From: Eledone cirrhosa
Lineage: Eukaryota
Direction: 5' to 3'
NCBI GenBank assembly: GCA_964016885.1
Contig: OZ024746.1
Span: 44,144,001-44,208,000 of the forward strand
Length of the DNA: 64,000 nt
Shown: piece after piece, positions 1 to 14,735 of the stretch
How the letters are laid out: each line of letters begins with the position of its first letter
How positions within the stretch are numbered: position 1 is the stretch's first letter
Made by a program: the position numbers and the translations under genes
Notes under the pieces: generated by a model
Told to the model about the DNA's origin: nothing
Database searches by the model: none
Seen by the model: the letters and a program-made list of their open reading frames with translations, nothing else

Positions 1-1535
1 TTTTTGTTTACATGGTTAAAGTTTGCAAGTGTTGTAAGATTATTTATGGTTAGTCGTGTGTAGTGACATTTATGGTTAGCCGTGTGTAGTGACATTTATG
101 GTGAAGAAAAGAAATTTATGTTATGTTTTGTGGCATTGATCTGTAATAGGCCACACCATTTTTGACATGAGAGGACTTAGTTTAGTAATAGAATGACAGA
201 GAGGTTAATAGTTTTGGTTGAAAATTAACAAAGATATGCATTGCAACACTTAAATTCCTTAAAGGAAGAGAAATGTTTTAAAACTAGAAAAATCAAAACT
301 AAATGTTCATAATTAATTGGTATAGAAATGTCAAATATCTGTTTTGAATTACTTAAAATTGAGATATAACCATATACATCATGTACATTTTAGATAAAAG
401 TTGGCTGTTGTGATTAGGCAGTGGCCAAAGATTAACAAAACTAATTTGAAGATAATATGAAATGGATGAGTTGTATTCACAATAATGAAGAAGTATTTCA
501 GGAGGTTTATGTAGAATTCCATAATAAAGTATAATTTCAGATAAATCTTTCTTTACAAAGGAATTTTCTACTTCAGATCTTGTACTTTTTGTTGTAGAAG
601 GGTGTGGGGTGAGATTTCTCAGGAAGACATTCATTTCCTTTTAGTCCCATTTACAATCCTAATGCATTTGGGAAATTTATAATCATACTGACTTCCTGTT
701 TCACTGCATAAACTGTCAGGCATATGAGAAAATCATTAGTTGGAAGGTTTTAGCAAGTGATTCTTTGATCACATCAATTATATTGGTAAATAGATCATTT
801 TCTTATTATACTGTCTTTCTTATACAGTAGATATAGTATTCTTATATTGAAATTCTGTATCCATAGCTGGTTTCTCTTTACTTTTATTTTCTTATTTTAG
901 ATATGTAATTAATCACCTCTATCTTCATGTCTCATAAAGGGGACTAATAATTTTAATCTTCTATTTCTTTTTTTTTTTTGTTTCTTTTTTTTCTAGAAAA
1001 TTTAATAAAACAGTAAGTGAACTAGACTAAAATCTTCTCTTCCTACAGCTTTCATCAAAACTTACATTAAAAGAAACCTTTGGAGATTGATAAAAAGTCA
1101 TGCTTGGATTGATTCTTCTCTTTCAAATAAGATTTACTAGGAAGATTTGAAAATTTATCCTCATCTTTCAGTCCTCCTACAATCACCAGTATTCAGTCAA
1201 TATAGCAATCAGATTAGTTTAATCACTTCTAGAGGTAAAAAAAAGCCACACCATCATTGGAAAATAATTTAAGAAAAACCACTCTGTCTGCTATTTATAG
1301 ACAGATAAATCTATGTAGCAAAAACAGCAACGAAGAACATTATATAAAAAAAAAGAAGAATATAATATGCTTTAATGCATCTGAAGGAAGAGCATATAAT
1401 CCAATCAATTTGTTAACTGCATGGAATTTTATTCTGGGAGTTACTTCAGATATATCCTGGATTTTCAGTCTTCTCTTTACATAAGTACTTAGATACATAT
1501 TTTGCTACACTTCTTTCTCCACCCTTCTCTCTCTC

Positions 1536-1588
<53 letters not shown>

Positions 1589-1969
1589 GACAATGATGAT
1601 GATGATATATAAATATATATATAGGTTGGCAGGACCTTCCAGTTATGTCAAGGACATGACACCCTCCCCAGTGCTGGTAATCTACATGATAAAAAACACC
1701 CAGTACATGCTGTAATGTCGTTGGTGATAGGAAGGGCATCCAACCATAGAAAGCCTGCCATACAAAAGGGTAGGAAGACCCTTTAGTCATGTCAAAGACA
1801 AAAATTTCTCTATTGCTGGAGCCATGATAAAATGCACTTGATTGAACATGGCACTATAGTTAATTGAGATGCGAACTTCCAGCCGGACAGGGAAGTCAGT
1901 GTCCCTGCGTCAGTACAGAGTCTGTGAAGACCTGTCCAATCCTTGTTAATAGAAAAAGTGAGTATTAAA

Positions 1970-2157
1970 TAATTGTTTCTACTTTTGGCACAAGGCCACC
2001 AATTACCCAGTGAATTACTGGTAATTTATTTTATCGACCCCGTAAGGATGAAAGGCAAAGTTAACCTTCGCGGGATTTGAACTCAGAATGGAAAGGGCCA
2101 TAACTATGCATTAAAGCATGGCGTCCGACCCTCTACCGATACTGTCAATCGACCGCC
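1970..2157 (-). mobile_element. tRNA-derived SINE, full length
   Basis: Reverse complement of the ~190-bp family seen at 19205. It has an A-box-like motif, a B-box (GAGTTCAAATCCC), the core GCCTTTCATCCTTACGGGGTCGATAAAATAAA and the 3' end GTAGAAACAATTAT. Confidence 0.9.
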
Positions 2158-4160
2158 ATTCCCATTAAATTATGATGATACACCACACACATAGAGAGAC
2201 AAGCACACAATGTGTCTCAAAACTGATTTCATATATATATACTTTAAAATTGAACATTACTTTTGAGAGAGACTGTCCACCTGATTCGCATGCATGTGTG
2301 TTATCTTTCTAATTTCTCATTCTTTCTTCTGATGAAGAACTAGCGTCCAAAACGTTCAAACCCTCTCCCTCCTATTTCAAGCACTAAACTAATATATTCC
2401 TTCCATATACTGTACTGTTTGTGTTGTTATTTTTGTTTACCTTTTACATATATATACTTATATGTGTATAGAGGGGTTTATTGTGTTAAAATGTTTTATG
2501 ATGAAACTTAATATCAAAATTTATAACAGAGAACTGAATATTACAGAAAATTTGAAAACTATCAACCTAAAGAGGATAAAGTATTTGTCTTATTAAAAAA
2601 AAAAGCACAAAATAACAGTGAATGCTTTAGTGAAAACTATGCCATCCATATGTTGAAATATGTTTAGAAAAATATTTATCTGCAAATATAACACATCTAA
2701 GTTCTCTGGGGTAGTGATAAGAATATCAATCATTAAGATTATCATTATTTTTCCATACTCAACTGATAGAAAAATTGAAGTTCTGAATATAAACTTACAT
2801 TAAAAGTATATGTTAATCTTATAGGGCACTAGCTTCTTCAGCAAACTGTCTAAGTATTAAGAGAAATTTAGAGTTACTATATTCAACAGTAATGACTTAC
2901 GCTGGATATGACAAATCAGACCCTAATAATAACAACCATTATCATTAGAACATGTGTTAACTAAAATTAGTTTGAGAGGATCATTTAGAAATAAACCACC
3001 TCCAAGAATACCATAAAGATGTTTTCAAACACCACACAATTTCACTTGTCTATACCAATTTCAATTTTCCTACTTGATCCTTCACAACCTTCTTAATTTA
3101 GTTGAATTCATGAATAAGAACATTTGCAACTATTTACTTCACCATTCAGTTTTACCTGAAACAACAAATTACATGCCTACAAAACATCCCTCCATAGATT
3201 TCCTTACCCAGATTTACTTTTCTTATCACCAATTTCAAATAGCTGATAGTGTGGTAACTTGGTATAACCTGATCAGTTAAAACAGTGGTCCAACATTTAA
3301 TTTTAAACAATGTATTCTCGTATCCTTACCAAAGTCTTTAATCGGTCTCTTCAAATATCTATCCTATTGTGAAAATGCATTAAGTGTCCATCACATGGAA
3401 GGGTAACTTCTCATCTGCAACTTACACTCTTACTTGCAGAATATTATAAATGGAAACATCATGAACAATCATCACTTTTAACACTTCTAATGTCTTGCAC
3501 TGATAGATGACTACATATACAATTTCTGTAGAGCAAGATACACAAAATACCTAAGTTCTTACAGCACACACAAATGTCTTATGTCACAACTGTCATGAGA
3601 ACCCTCTTATAAGAACTGTCATGAGAACCCACAAATAAACTCCACTTCTCCTTCTGGACTACTCCATACTTTTTTGTTATGATAGAACAATGTTTTTCAG
3701 GTATTAACTTTCATTCTTTATTTCTTCTTCTGCTGCTATAATGGGCTCTGCTGCTCCCCAATTTCTAATTGTGTACCACTCAATTGAAATCATGAGGATT
3801 CAACATTCTTCCCACATAAAACCTAGTCACATTCTCAGAATGGAATAAATAAAAGAAAACACTGTTCAATACATTTGTTATGAAATAAAAGTTTGAGATA
3901 TAAAACATGAATCAATTTAAGGGATCAGAAACTTCCATAGCTGGCATTATACTACATGTAATAGACATAATTTATATAGATAAGCAGCTTTTATAACTTT
4001 CTCCACAAAATTATTCTCTCCCTATTCATGTTTTTTCTTCAAACAGAGTACTAATTATATCAATCTCATCTGGTAATCTCTTTGGATATATATGGTTATA
4101 TTAGGTTGCTATGGTTATAGGTTCTGTTTTTTTTTTTTAGTCAAACTTACAAAAGTAATT

Positions 4161-4322
4161 CAGGTGGCAAATTGGCAAAGTCATTAGAACATCAGATAAA
4201 ATGCTTTGCAGTATTCATTTCGGCTCTCTGCTCTCTAGGTTCAAATCCCGCTGAGGTCAGCTTTGCCCTTCATAGATTCAAGGTTGGTAAAAAAAAGTAC
4301 CAGTCAAACACTGGGGTCAATT
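4161..4322 (+). mobile_element. diverged SINE copy
   Basis: B-box GGTTCAAATCCCGCTGAGGTCAGCTTTGCC followed by AAGTACCAG. Similar diverged copies lie near 4843-5020 and 19755-19912. Confidence 0.7.
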
Positions 4323-5894
4323 CTTCTTCTCTACTATTTAAACACACACATATCACTTCCATTCTCTCACTTTCTATTCTTCATTGGAGGAAATCTGTTG
4401 TACCCAGACCTGGAGAGGAGATGACTTCTGCCAGGTTTAAACAATGCCCTAGAAATGTATATCTATGTGGTGCCCCTACAACTCCTCCAGCAGTTATGCA
4501 ACCATCCATATATACATTCAAAAATGATTCAATGTATATTTTAGCAAAAAAATGACATGCCAGTCATGATGTCAATGAAAATGTTAAGAATTCCATAATA
4601 TATATACTGAGAAAGATTGTCTGGAATAAACTCCACTCGTGACCAAAATATATTAGGAAAGCCATCTACTTAGAGATAAAAATGTCAAATATATTTGTTT
4701 TATTTGTTCAAATATTGAATTATCTAGCATTGCTGAAGCATTTAATATAAAATAAACAGATTAATATATTTTGATATATCTGCTCAAATAAACTAATTTA
4801 TTGTTTATTACTTAATCAATTTAGTGTAGTAGATTTACAGATTTGGCAGAGTGTTGGACAAAATGCTTTGTTGTGTTTAGTTATGACTTTCTACATTCGA
4901 GTTCAAATCGTGCCTTACAGGGCCAATAAAATAAAGCAGCTGTAATGGACTGGGGTCAATTTTATTGACTTACCCCTCTCCCTGAAATTGTTGGCCTTGT
5001 GCCTAAAATGGAAACTATTATTAAATACATTTTTACAAAATAATATTTTATGAATAAATCGCAGAATAATGTACATTTATACTAAATATAATGCCATTTG
5101 CTGTTTTATTATGACTACACTAACTGGGAATCATCATGAATAACAGCATTTGATTAGTGCTACCATTCTGGACCTCAGAGTAATCTTGTTAAGCAGAAGA
5201 AGACTGCTTTTGGAGATGAACTCCTCTCAAAATTCAAGGATGTTAAGAAACTTTGGGGATCATTTTAAGGGATTGGAATTAGAAATTCATGGGCTTTTCA
5301 GATCTCTGAAAAACATATTTGTTGAAACCTACATTACGTAATATCATAAGAAAATTCATTTCATGGCTACAGTAGGACTGAAACACATTTCTGTCCTTTT
5401 ACATTCCATATATTTCCTCTTTCTATAGTCATTTCAATAAATTCGTTGTTTCTATAGCTACACTATCTCTTGCTGATATCATATATCTCTGAATTGTATA
5501 TTTTTCAAAATATTTCAGTTATATCACAGATAGGATTCTAAAAGTTTTGTTATCTTGAAAATCTCAAAAATATACAAGCCAGAAAAATATACAACATTGG
5601 AATATAAGAAATTAAAAGAAGTAAAATGTCTTCAAGAGAAATAATAAGAAATAACGTTTGCATGAAGGCTTTCTGGTTTTGGTTTATATATTTAGCAAAC
5701 ATATGTTCATGTGTATAAACAGCACCTGTTTATACATATGATTATTCTTATGCATTTTATGGTTTATAACTTCTTTATAAATTCCTTCATATAATAGCTC
5801 ACTAAAAGTAGAAGCTAACTTTGGCTACCAGGGCATTAGCAGGGGAGATGGATATACCAAACGTGCTGCAGCCTGAGTGAAAATAGGAAGGAAG

Positions 5895-6360
5895 AAGTTC
5901 AAGGAGATATTACCTATGCTGACAACAAAAGATTTGTCTCCAAGTGAGGGATAGATTAAGGACACCTGTGTTCAAACTATGCTGCATAGCAGCAATACAT
6001 ATATCCTGAGTGAAGAAAATCTGTGGCTGAAACGAAATGAAGCATACATTCTTCGTTGGACATGTGTCTGAATGACAGATTACAAGCAAACAGAAAAATC
6101 TTAACATGAGAAGAACTGAATGTAGGTTCAAAAGATATGCCACTGGTGGTCTTGTACTGTGTAAGGTGAGTGAAAGTTGTATAAAAAGTGCAGAGTGCTT
6201 CAAGTGGATGGGACCAATGGAAGAGGGAAACCAAGGAAGACATAGGACAAAGTTATGAAGAATGATTTCAAGAAATTTAACTTCATCAATGTGATGACAC
6301 ATGACAAAAATGACTAGCAATATGCCATAATACAAACGATCCATCCACCAGCACAAGTAC
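5895..6360 (+). mobile_element. decayed RTE-clade LINE 3' fragment
   Basis: Co-linear with the C-terminal part of the RTE ORF at 49636-50244 (LL.TKG..., L.RNEA..LRW.C), with many disablements. Confidence 0.7.
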
Positions 6361-8206
6361 TGCAACACTGAAAGTAAATTTGGTAGGAGACTGGAGGCTT
6401 TGATGATGAAACATAGTATAGGGTCTAAGAGGACTATTCTCTCAATGGACGTGTGTGACAACCTCTCTAGTGTTGTGGACATGATAAAACATACTGAGTA
6501 CATTCTGTAAATTGATTGTGGTTGAGATGTGAAAAAAATGCACCCAGTACATCCTGTAAAGTGGGTGATAAAAGGAAGTGCATTCAGCTATTGAGAACAT
6601 GTTAAATATTAAATGTAAGAGTAAGATGAGCTGGCTCCAACCAGTCTCATCTCAGAGCATGACAACCTCTCCAACAGAGGAAAATGCATAAAAGTGGACA
6701 TAAAATGTGCATTTTCTGAAAAATTAAACATGAAAAAACATCTTCAATCAGGATACTAAATTAACACCATAGAATGCCTGTTACCTATTTTCAAGTAGCT
6801 AATAAGCCAAGTATTTAGTTACATTAGAGAAAAGCACACTACAATTCACTGGAAACAAATTTACAATCAGCGTATAAAGCATTTATATTAACCTTTTTCA
6901 ATTAGACATTTCCCTTGCCCACAATTTATCAATTTTTTTCTAATAAAAGATGCCCATTTACATTCAAATCGGTTATATTTTTCTTTACTCTACCAATTAA
7001 TATCAATATACATTGTGTCAAATCACTCTTCAATAATATCAATGTGATCTTAACAGTCATGAATTATCTATCTGTATGTATCTGATGTACATATACATGA
7101 CCATAGATAATAAAAACAATTTGGGAGATATAATATCCGTGGCTATTCATGTCATTGAGCTGTATCATATAAATGGTAATTTATGCAAATACAGGGATAA
7201 AAGTTAAGATTTTTATCATAGAGCATAGAGTTAAATGAGCATACGTCTTGTGCAAAATTATTCTATAATGAAATATAGATTTGAAGATGACATTCAAATA
7301 GTCTATGGGGGTAAACTGATGTGTATTCTTTGTACTAATATATCAATAAATTTATATTTTCATTGAAAAACTGATTCAATTCTGTAAATTTCATCTAACT
7401 CTATTCTGAATATTTAAGCTGTAGGTTTTATTCTTTATCTTGTGAGATGGCAAAAAGCAAACTTATAGAAAAAATAAATATGGTTGGAAAGTTCTAAATG
7501 GTAATATTTTCACTTCACTCAAATTTATTTACTTTCAATATCTAGTCAGAATAAATCACTTTAATCTTCCATCACTGATTTTTCATTGATCTGGTAATGT
7601 CAGAAAGATAGTAAATTTAAATGTGATATTTAATAAAATTTTAAATTCTGTTTTTGCAAACATGCCTATTAATTTTTTTCCTGTTATCAAAACTGAAAAT
7701 TAAATAAAAGTTATTTCAATGAACACATCTCATTCACATACTGAAGTCATATTTTATTGCTAAATCTATAACCTCATAAGGAAAGCATGTTTGGTTTAAT
7801 TCCTTATAGGCATAAATTGTTTGCTTAGATATATGGATAGATGAACAAGTATTCTACATCATATAGACTATTCACTGAAGCTAATAAAGATAGAATGGAG
7901 GAAATGGTATATATAACAGAAAAAAATAATTTAACAATGGCGATATTCTCAATTGCCTTTTGATATCTTCTCGCCTCCTCCTTGGAGTAAAATTTCTTTT
8001 AAACTGTCATTGTGTCACAGCTGATAAAATCAACTAATAATGTGCAAACAAAAAAAATATTAATAAAACATCAAACACTATTTAAACATTTTCATATATA
8101 AAGCATTCAACATTAATTCAGTTTTCTGAAATATAGCCTTATTTAACTGTTCAAAAATCTCAATACAGACACATAAATATCATCATGCATGCATATACAT
8201 ATATTT

Positions 8207-8715
8207 ACTAATACCTAATTTTTGCTGGACCGGCAATTTCTCTGTATAATCAGCACCTGATTGCTACAGGAATTCTATAAGAATCCAGCTTCTATAATTA
8301 TCGGCAAAGGCAGCAGAGTGTGTCGTCTTGATAAACGCACACAAACGAGAAACAGACTGTCTGTCAATCACTCTCTGTTGTTATTTGCCGAGAATAAGTA
8401 AGTGACATAGTCACTACTTTAAAACTCATAGCGAAGGGTCTTCTAAATGTTTTTAATTAAACATACAGTATATTGTCAAATATACTATACATACATTCAT
8501 GTATATATCGCTATTTCAGAGTACCAAACTAATACCTAATTTTCACTGGACTGGCAATCGCTCTGTATAATCAGCGCCTGATTATTACTGGAATTCTATA
8601 AGAATCCAGCTTCTATAATTCTCGGCAAAGGCAGCGGAGTGTGTGATCTTGATAAATGCTCACAAGTGAGAAACAGACTGTCTGTCAGTCTATTGCTAAA
8701 TATACTATACATACA

Positions 8716-8720
<5 letters not shown>
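8207..8720. repeat. tandem duplication, ~320-bp spacing
   Basis: ACTAATACCTAATTTT...GAGAAACAGACTGTCTGTCA occurs at 8207 and 8528. The second copy lacks an internal ~100 bp. Confidence 0.85.
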
Positions 8721-8754
<34 letters not shown>

Positions 8755-9027
8755 AAAGTGCATCCAGCCATAGAAACCAAGCCAGAAAGAGTTCTGTATA
8801 AGCAAGACTGTCACCTGACCTGGTTTGCAGCAAACGAGACAACCCGTCTAACTCATTTTAATGTGGAAAATAGACATTCAACGGTGATGATGAGGATAAT
8901 ATATTGGAGATTAAACAGTTATGATGATGATATATATACATATATCATGATTTATCGTAGCGCTTTGGTGATTTGCAATTTTAAAGGGTGGAAATACAAA
9001 TGCAGAAAATAACAAACAGTCAATAAT

Positions 9028-9120
9028 AATTGTTTCTACTTTTGGCACAAGGCCAGCAATTATCTCAGTGCATTACTGGTGCTTTAATTTATCAACCCTG
9101 TAAGGATGAAAGGCAAAAGT
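9028..9120 (-). mobile_element. SINE 3' half
   Basis: AATTGTTTCTACTTTTGGCACAAGGCCAGC...GGATGAAAGGCAAA matches the SINE 3' region. Confidence 0.8.
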
Positions 9121-10189
9121 TATCTTGAAAGGCAAAAGTTATCTTGCTATGAATAATAATAGCTCTTGAAAATTGGGTAAAATACCATTAGTAAAGGAAA
9201 TAAGTTGCCCTCAGGTGGCTACTTTTTCTGCCTCTACGTTTATGTCACCTAATTTTTTAAAGCTATAAATTATAGTGATTGAATGCCATTTTGGTTATTT
9301 TCTGCATTCGGATCCCTGCATGTGTGTGTGTGTGGCCTAAGGTACTTAGCTCCTGACTGAAAGATTGTGAATTCAATTTTGCTGGTTGAGTCATTGACCA
9401 TGAGCAGGACATTTTATTTTACATAGCTCCAATCTACTCAGCTGACAAAAATGATTTGTATCTGCAATTCAAAGGGTCGGCCATGTCACATCTGTCCTAC
9501 TAAAGCTCCATGAAAACTACAATAAGGGTGCACATGCATATGGAATGCTCAGCCATTTACATGTTAAATTTACAAGCAGGTTATGCCAGAGGTTCAACAA
9601 AATATCCAGAATCAGCTTTCTTCTATGACATCCATTTTGTTCAGCCTCCTTCAAACCAATAAGCAACAAGCAGCTATCATTTTCCCTCTAACTCCCCTGC
9701 TATATTCTAACATTTTTCACTTTTACACTCATATTCATAGGCTCTCATTTAACTTCATTGGCCACCATTCCTTTCCAAATTATCTCTTGAGCTCTTAAAG
9801 AGAAAGATGATGTAGCTTCGCTAGGACTCATTTTGTCACACAAGTGCAAGGCAACCTCTCATGATAAAATGAACCCAGTAAATGCCAAAAGAGATAGATG
9901 AATGAAAAAAAACACCATATCAAAAGTTAAAATTAACTAGCAAGATGTCTTCCCCTCTAAGAAGAGATCATAAGAACCCATCCATTTCAAGTCAGTATGG
10001 TAAGCAGATTTAAAAAGGACGATGTTTGTATGTTTTAATACACATATATAGATACATATAGCTATACATTTTATGCCAATGTTTACTCTAGTTTTCATTG
10101 TGTATGTGTGTGTACATATATACATCCACAGACTGCTACCATCACTACCATAATGGCATATGCATGGACAATCTAAATAATGCAGTCGA

Positions 10190-11330
10190 AGGTGCAGAAC
10201 CCTAAGCACATTTGACTCACAGTTCCAGCAGACTGACTTGAGAAAGCATTACTCCAGAGGATACTGAGTGCAATATGTTGAAATAGCCATTCCAATTTGT
10301 GGGGCTCACCCCTGCTGATCACCAATTCCATCCTTATAGCAGTGCGTAGGGAAGGTGGTTCATGGGCCTCCAATGTCCACACCATAGGTTTCATGACAAA
10401 CTTGTTAGAAAGCAGCTGATACTTCAATTTTGCAGTTTTATGCTAGTTAGACAACAAAATCTGGGTCTGTCACTAAATTCACCAGGCTGCTGCTGGAGAA
10501 ATAATTGCTGCATGTCACATCCCAGATGAGAAGCTTACCATGGCAGAACAAGTAGCTTGGGATGTCATCTGGCCTGTTGCCACTCTTTTGATATAACCTC
10601 ACTGGCTTTAACTGCAACTAGAAACCAGCAGCATCAAAACTATGTTTATTGATGTCAGTGAGCGTGACATAGTATGAGAAGTGACCACAACACTGAGATG
10701 GCATGACTGAGGAGAAAAGCCAAAAACAACCACTGTAGATCTACAGTAGCATTTACGTTGCTTGCAGATCCGAAGGCCAAGCCTCAAAGAAATACCTACA
10801 CAGTCAGTTGCTGTACAGCTGAGGACTTGTTGACGGTGAGGGTACATCATTCAGCCAGGTAGCACAATGGAATTGGGAAACATAGTGGTCAAACAGAAGC
10901 ACACAGTTTTCTGAAGCTTTGTGAAACTGGATTGTGTCTCATTTGTGTTGGGGAGATTGGACGTCCACAGAAAAAGGCTGAATTAGCTCAAAGTCATGCA
11001 GATCACCTTTAGTTCCCTGCTATGATGTGTTGTGGAAAGGCTTGCCTCTAGGAGTCCAGCAGGAGGTAAGTGATGAAAGAAGTTCTCACAATGCCAATGA
11101 AACAAGAAACTGATAACCAAGGCCTGATAGATAATATAACTTGTTACCATCTTACAATCTAGTGTTGTTGAACTGTGTGTTGTATATATTCTCCCCAATT
11201 TGACAGATGCAGGCTCTGAGATCTGCGAGATGAAATATGTGACTGTAACAAGGCACCTCTGTGAAAGTATATGAAAGCTACGGCAAGGTAGGGCAGTTCC
11301 TCAGTAAAAAGAAAACCAGATCTACATTAT
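10190..11330 (-). mobile_element. decayed CRE-like non-LTR retrotransposon, restriction-like endonuclease end
   Basis: Minus-strand peptides GISLRLGLRIC..RKCYC (zinc knuckle), GNRPDD, WDVTC and GEPHKLEWLFQHIALSIL..NAFS match the RLE C-terminus of CRE-type elements. Confidence 0.7.
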
Positions 11331-11879
11331 TCAGGTGTGTCTGCTCATAAGAGCTGTGAACTGCTGAAGCTTGGACTTGAATGTTGATCAGATCAATCCA
11401 ATTTGTATACATGCTCATATTTTTTGTTTACTTCAAGCTTTCACATTAGATTTTCTTTATTTTTTCCATAGATCTTTAACCCTTAAAATATTAAATGGTT
11501 GCTTGGAGATTGATTTTCTTGACACACAATGCCTTGTATTGAAGAACTTCCAATGAAAAAACTGCTAAATATCTATCTACAAGGAACATTCTTACTTTAC
11601 TCTATTGTTGGTACAACTGTTCAAGTTTAATCTTTTTATAATATTACATTTTTATGTCTATGTTTAGTTTGCAACAATAATGTTTCTCAGCCCATAAACA
11701 TTTCAATGTCTTACTGACCTCATCTTTTAAATGAAGTGAAGACTGGTTCAGTTTTGCTATGTTTTGTTGTAGGCAACAAGTGATTGTGGGAATAATGTAA
11801 CTGATAAAATCATCATTGCTGGATTTAAAACTGCTTAACGGTTAACTCCATTACTTTTGCAGTTTATTTTACATATGCT

Positions 11880-12480
11880 GGATCTGAATATTGATCTTAG
11901 GTTTGGATTTTGCTATCAATAAAGCTTCTTTAGTTGATCTAGGCTTTTTATAGGAATTCTATATAAGATGGCAGCATTATGAGCTAATGCTTTTTCATCT
12001 AGTTTTATTAGATGCTCTGTATTATGTGATGCAATAGCTCTTTATTTGAAGTTCATGGTCAACCAACAAGAAAATATACATTGGTGTCCAATTTAATGAG
12101 TTATGATGTTTCCAATTGCTGTGCTTACATTTTTATATAACATTGTGACTTGCTAGATTATGGTTTCATGATGAGACGTTTGTTTCTGGTGTTTTTGTAA
12201 TATATCTTTATTAGTTTGTGTTTATGGGTGATACATTTGTTCTGCTTTAGGAGTTTAATTACCTATTTCTGTCTTCTGTAATTATGGTGCATTTCATTTA
12301 TGTAGTATACTATACATGTGATTTCTGTTTCTGTTAAGTGTTATATTTATTGTATCTATGAGGATGATTTGTTATCTATTTTCTACAGCTTGTGCTAATG
12401 TGTTTCAGAACTGTTGTAATGATTGTATCTAAAGCTTTTTTAAAGGCTCATTTTAACAGATTTGACTACAGACATTTTAT
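11880..12480 (-). mobile_element. decayed Penelope-like GIY-YIG endonuclease remnant
   Basis: Minus-strand fragments NVIYK, LTM...AI.SH..EH and KEALLIAKSKPKINIQ fit the PLE GIY-YIG C-terminal E..I....P.IN.Q motif. Confidence 0.55.
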
Positions 12481-13539
12481 ATCTATGGAAAAACTATCTC
12501 TGTGCATATTAATGTTCATATAAATACAGGCATTGTTATGCAGTTAAGAAATGTACTTTGCAATTACAGGGTGTGACATTAGTACATGATGTCTAAAGTA
12601 AATTGCAATGTGTATTGAACTAACAGAAACATTGCAAGTAAAATTGAGTAGTCAATGCAAAAGCTCACCAGACTATGCCTGCTCTTGTGTAATAATCCTA
12701 ATCCTTCATTTGGTTCAATACAACCACCTGCCTCTTGGGTGTTTTAAGCAGAATCCTCTCTAGTAAGCATGAAGACCAGGTCTCCAGTCTGAGGTTAAAT
12801 GTGCTGTTTCCACAGCAGTAACAAATGATATGTGAAATTTTCTCTTTTTTACTTCTCTGAAAAAACTGACAAAGATCATAGAAATTGTCCTTCCATTTCT
12901 GTCTAAGCCATAAAACAAGATAAACTGTTGCATATTCATTTGAATAATCTCTTAAATATTCTGTAGCATCAGGTTCTTTGTTCCATTTCTGCCTAGGTTA
13001 ATTTGAGAATGCATTTGCAACTCCTAATAGGCTTTCTAAAACAATTAAAAGTAATCTGACCTAACATAATTAAAGATAGAAAAGAAATTAAAACAAAGAA
13101 CATGTCCAACATAATGAGTATGATAGAAGAAGAACAATTCTAAATGCTATAAATGTAAGTGACAAGCTATTTATTAGCTTTCATTTAAGAATCAAGAATC
13201 CTGAGCTAGTCAAGCTTAAACTAACTATCCATCTCTCTTAGATGTGTGAAATAAATACTGCATATAATAAAAGAAGTGAATATATAAATTACATCTCACT
13301 GAAAAGGTTACAAAGGCTCCAGATTTGTTGAAAGCGTAGAAACTAACAACTGCTGCTGTTGAGAATAGCTTCCCCATTTCAAAAATACAATAAGTTTTGA
13401 TGCACAAAACTATTTGGCGGTATCTTATTTTATCTAAAACTACACAATTAAATTAAATTTTTAAAAGTGTTTTTATAGTATTAGGCATTAGATCTGACTA
13501 TCACTTGGTGACTAATATAATAAAGTAATATTATATGAT

Positions 13540-13728
13540 GGGGGATTGGCAGTATCGGTAGAAGGTTGGATGCCATGCTTTGACGCATAGAGTTACACCC
13601 CTTGATGGTCTGAGTTCAAATCCCGCCGAGGTTCACTTTGCCTTTCATCCTTACGGGGTCGATAAAATAAAGTACCAGTAATACACTGGGATAATTGCTG
13701 GGCTTGTGCCTAAAGTAGAAACAATTAT
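13540..13728 (+). mobile_element. tRNA-derived SINE
   Basis: Full-length family member with a short flanking duplication ATTATATG. Confidence 0.9.
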
Positions 13729-13889
13729 ATGTTAATCATATAATAACCACTGCATTCAAAAGGGTTAACTTTTTTGTCATTTTTAAGTGATAACTACTCT
13801 CATGTTCCTATATTATCTTAAATAATACATGTTCTTTTACATATTGTCTAAAAAAAATTAAAATAATATTACAACTCAGTCAGTTCATA

Positions 13890-14735
13890 TGTTACGGATG
13901 CATCAACGCCAATTAGCCACAAGCCACATGACGTTCTGATAAGAAGCCTGAAATGGTTCTGTATAATGCTTGTCCTTATGAAGCCTAGATGGGATTCACA
14001 ATTGTTCAGAACTGAAATATTATCTTCATTAAGCTTACTAGTTGTAATGCTATATATAGTAATTTGGAAGTTCTCGAACAGAGCTGGTGCATGAGTATAG
14101 AGAGCATGATCTTTCGTGCATCAGTTGAGGTGGTGCAGTCACATGGTCCGGATGTCTGATCGTATTCCAAAGCAACTTCTCTACGGTGAACTGTGCAAAG
14201 GAAGGCGACCACCACACAAACCAAAAATGCAGTACTGAGATTGTGTCATGGGCACCTTGGCTTGTGCTGGAATTGCATCTGATGAATGGCAGAAAATGGC
14301 TGATGAGCATGTGAAGTGGAGTCATTTGATCAAGTCAGGAAGTGAACACTAAACACTGAAAAGGAAGGTGAGGAAAAGGGACTGTTCTGAACTGCCTGCT
14401 GTTGAGCAACATCTGGTTTGCCAACACTGTGGTCGAGTATGCCTGAGTAAAGCTGGTTTGATTAGACATGAATAAAGTCACATCAGTAGACCTCATGTAG
14501 ATTATGAACAGCATGATCTGAAAAGGTGTAGGGAATGTGCAAACATGGGAGTGTCTTAGACTTATGAGAACACAGTCAGAACCAAGCAGTTGAAAGTCCC
14601 AGGGGAGTATAGTTGCCATGTGTGTGCCAGTGGGTGCAAGTCTTTGGCTAGTTTGAAGAGCCACATTCATGCCTCACATTTTTGAGCATTTTATCAGATG
14701 ATGGCAATGCTTGAAAACGAGTTTGCGGCCATCAT
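13890..14735 (+). mobile_element. decayed RTE-clade LINE 3' end with C2H2-like fingers
   Basis: VRMSDRIPKQLLYGELCKGRRPPHKPK, then CQHCGRVCLSKAGLIRH and CHVCASGCKSLASLKSH. Confidence 0.75.

Noticed and set aside
2325-2365. CTGATGA...AAAACGTT possible hammerhead
   Set aside because: The GAAA box and stems I/II are too degraded to support a call.
353-3700. Possible very old Penelope RT traces (353-800 minus, 2500-3700 plus)
   Set aside because: Only faint motif echoes remain, not supportable without a profile search.
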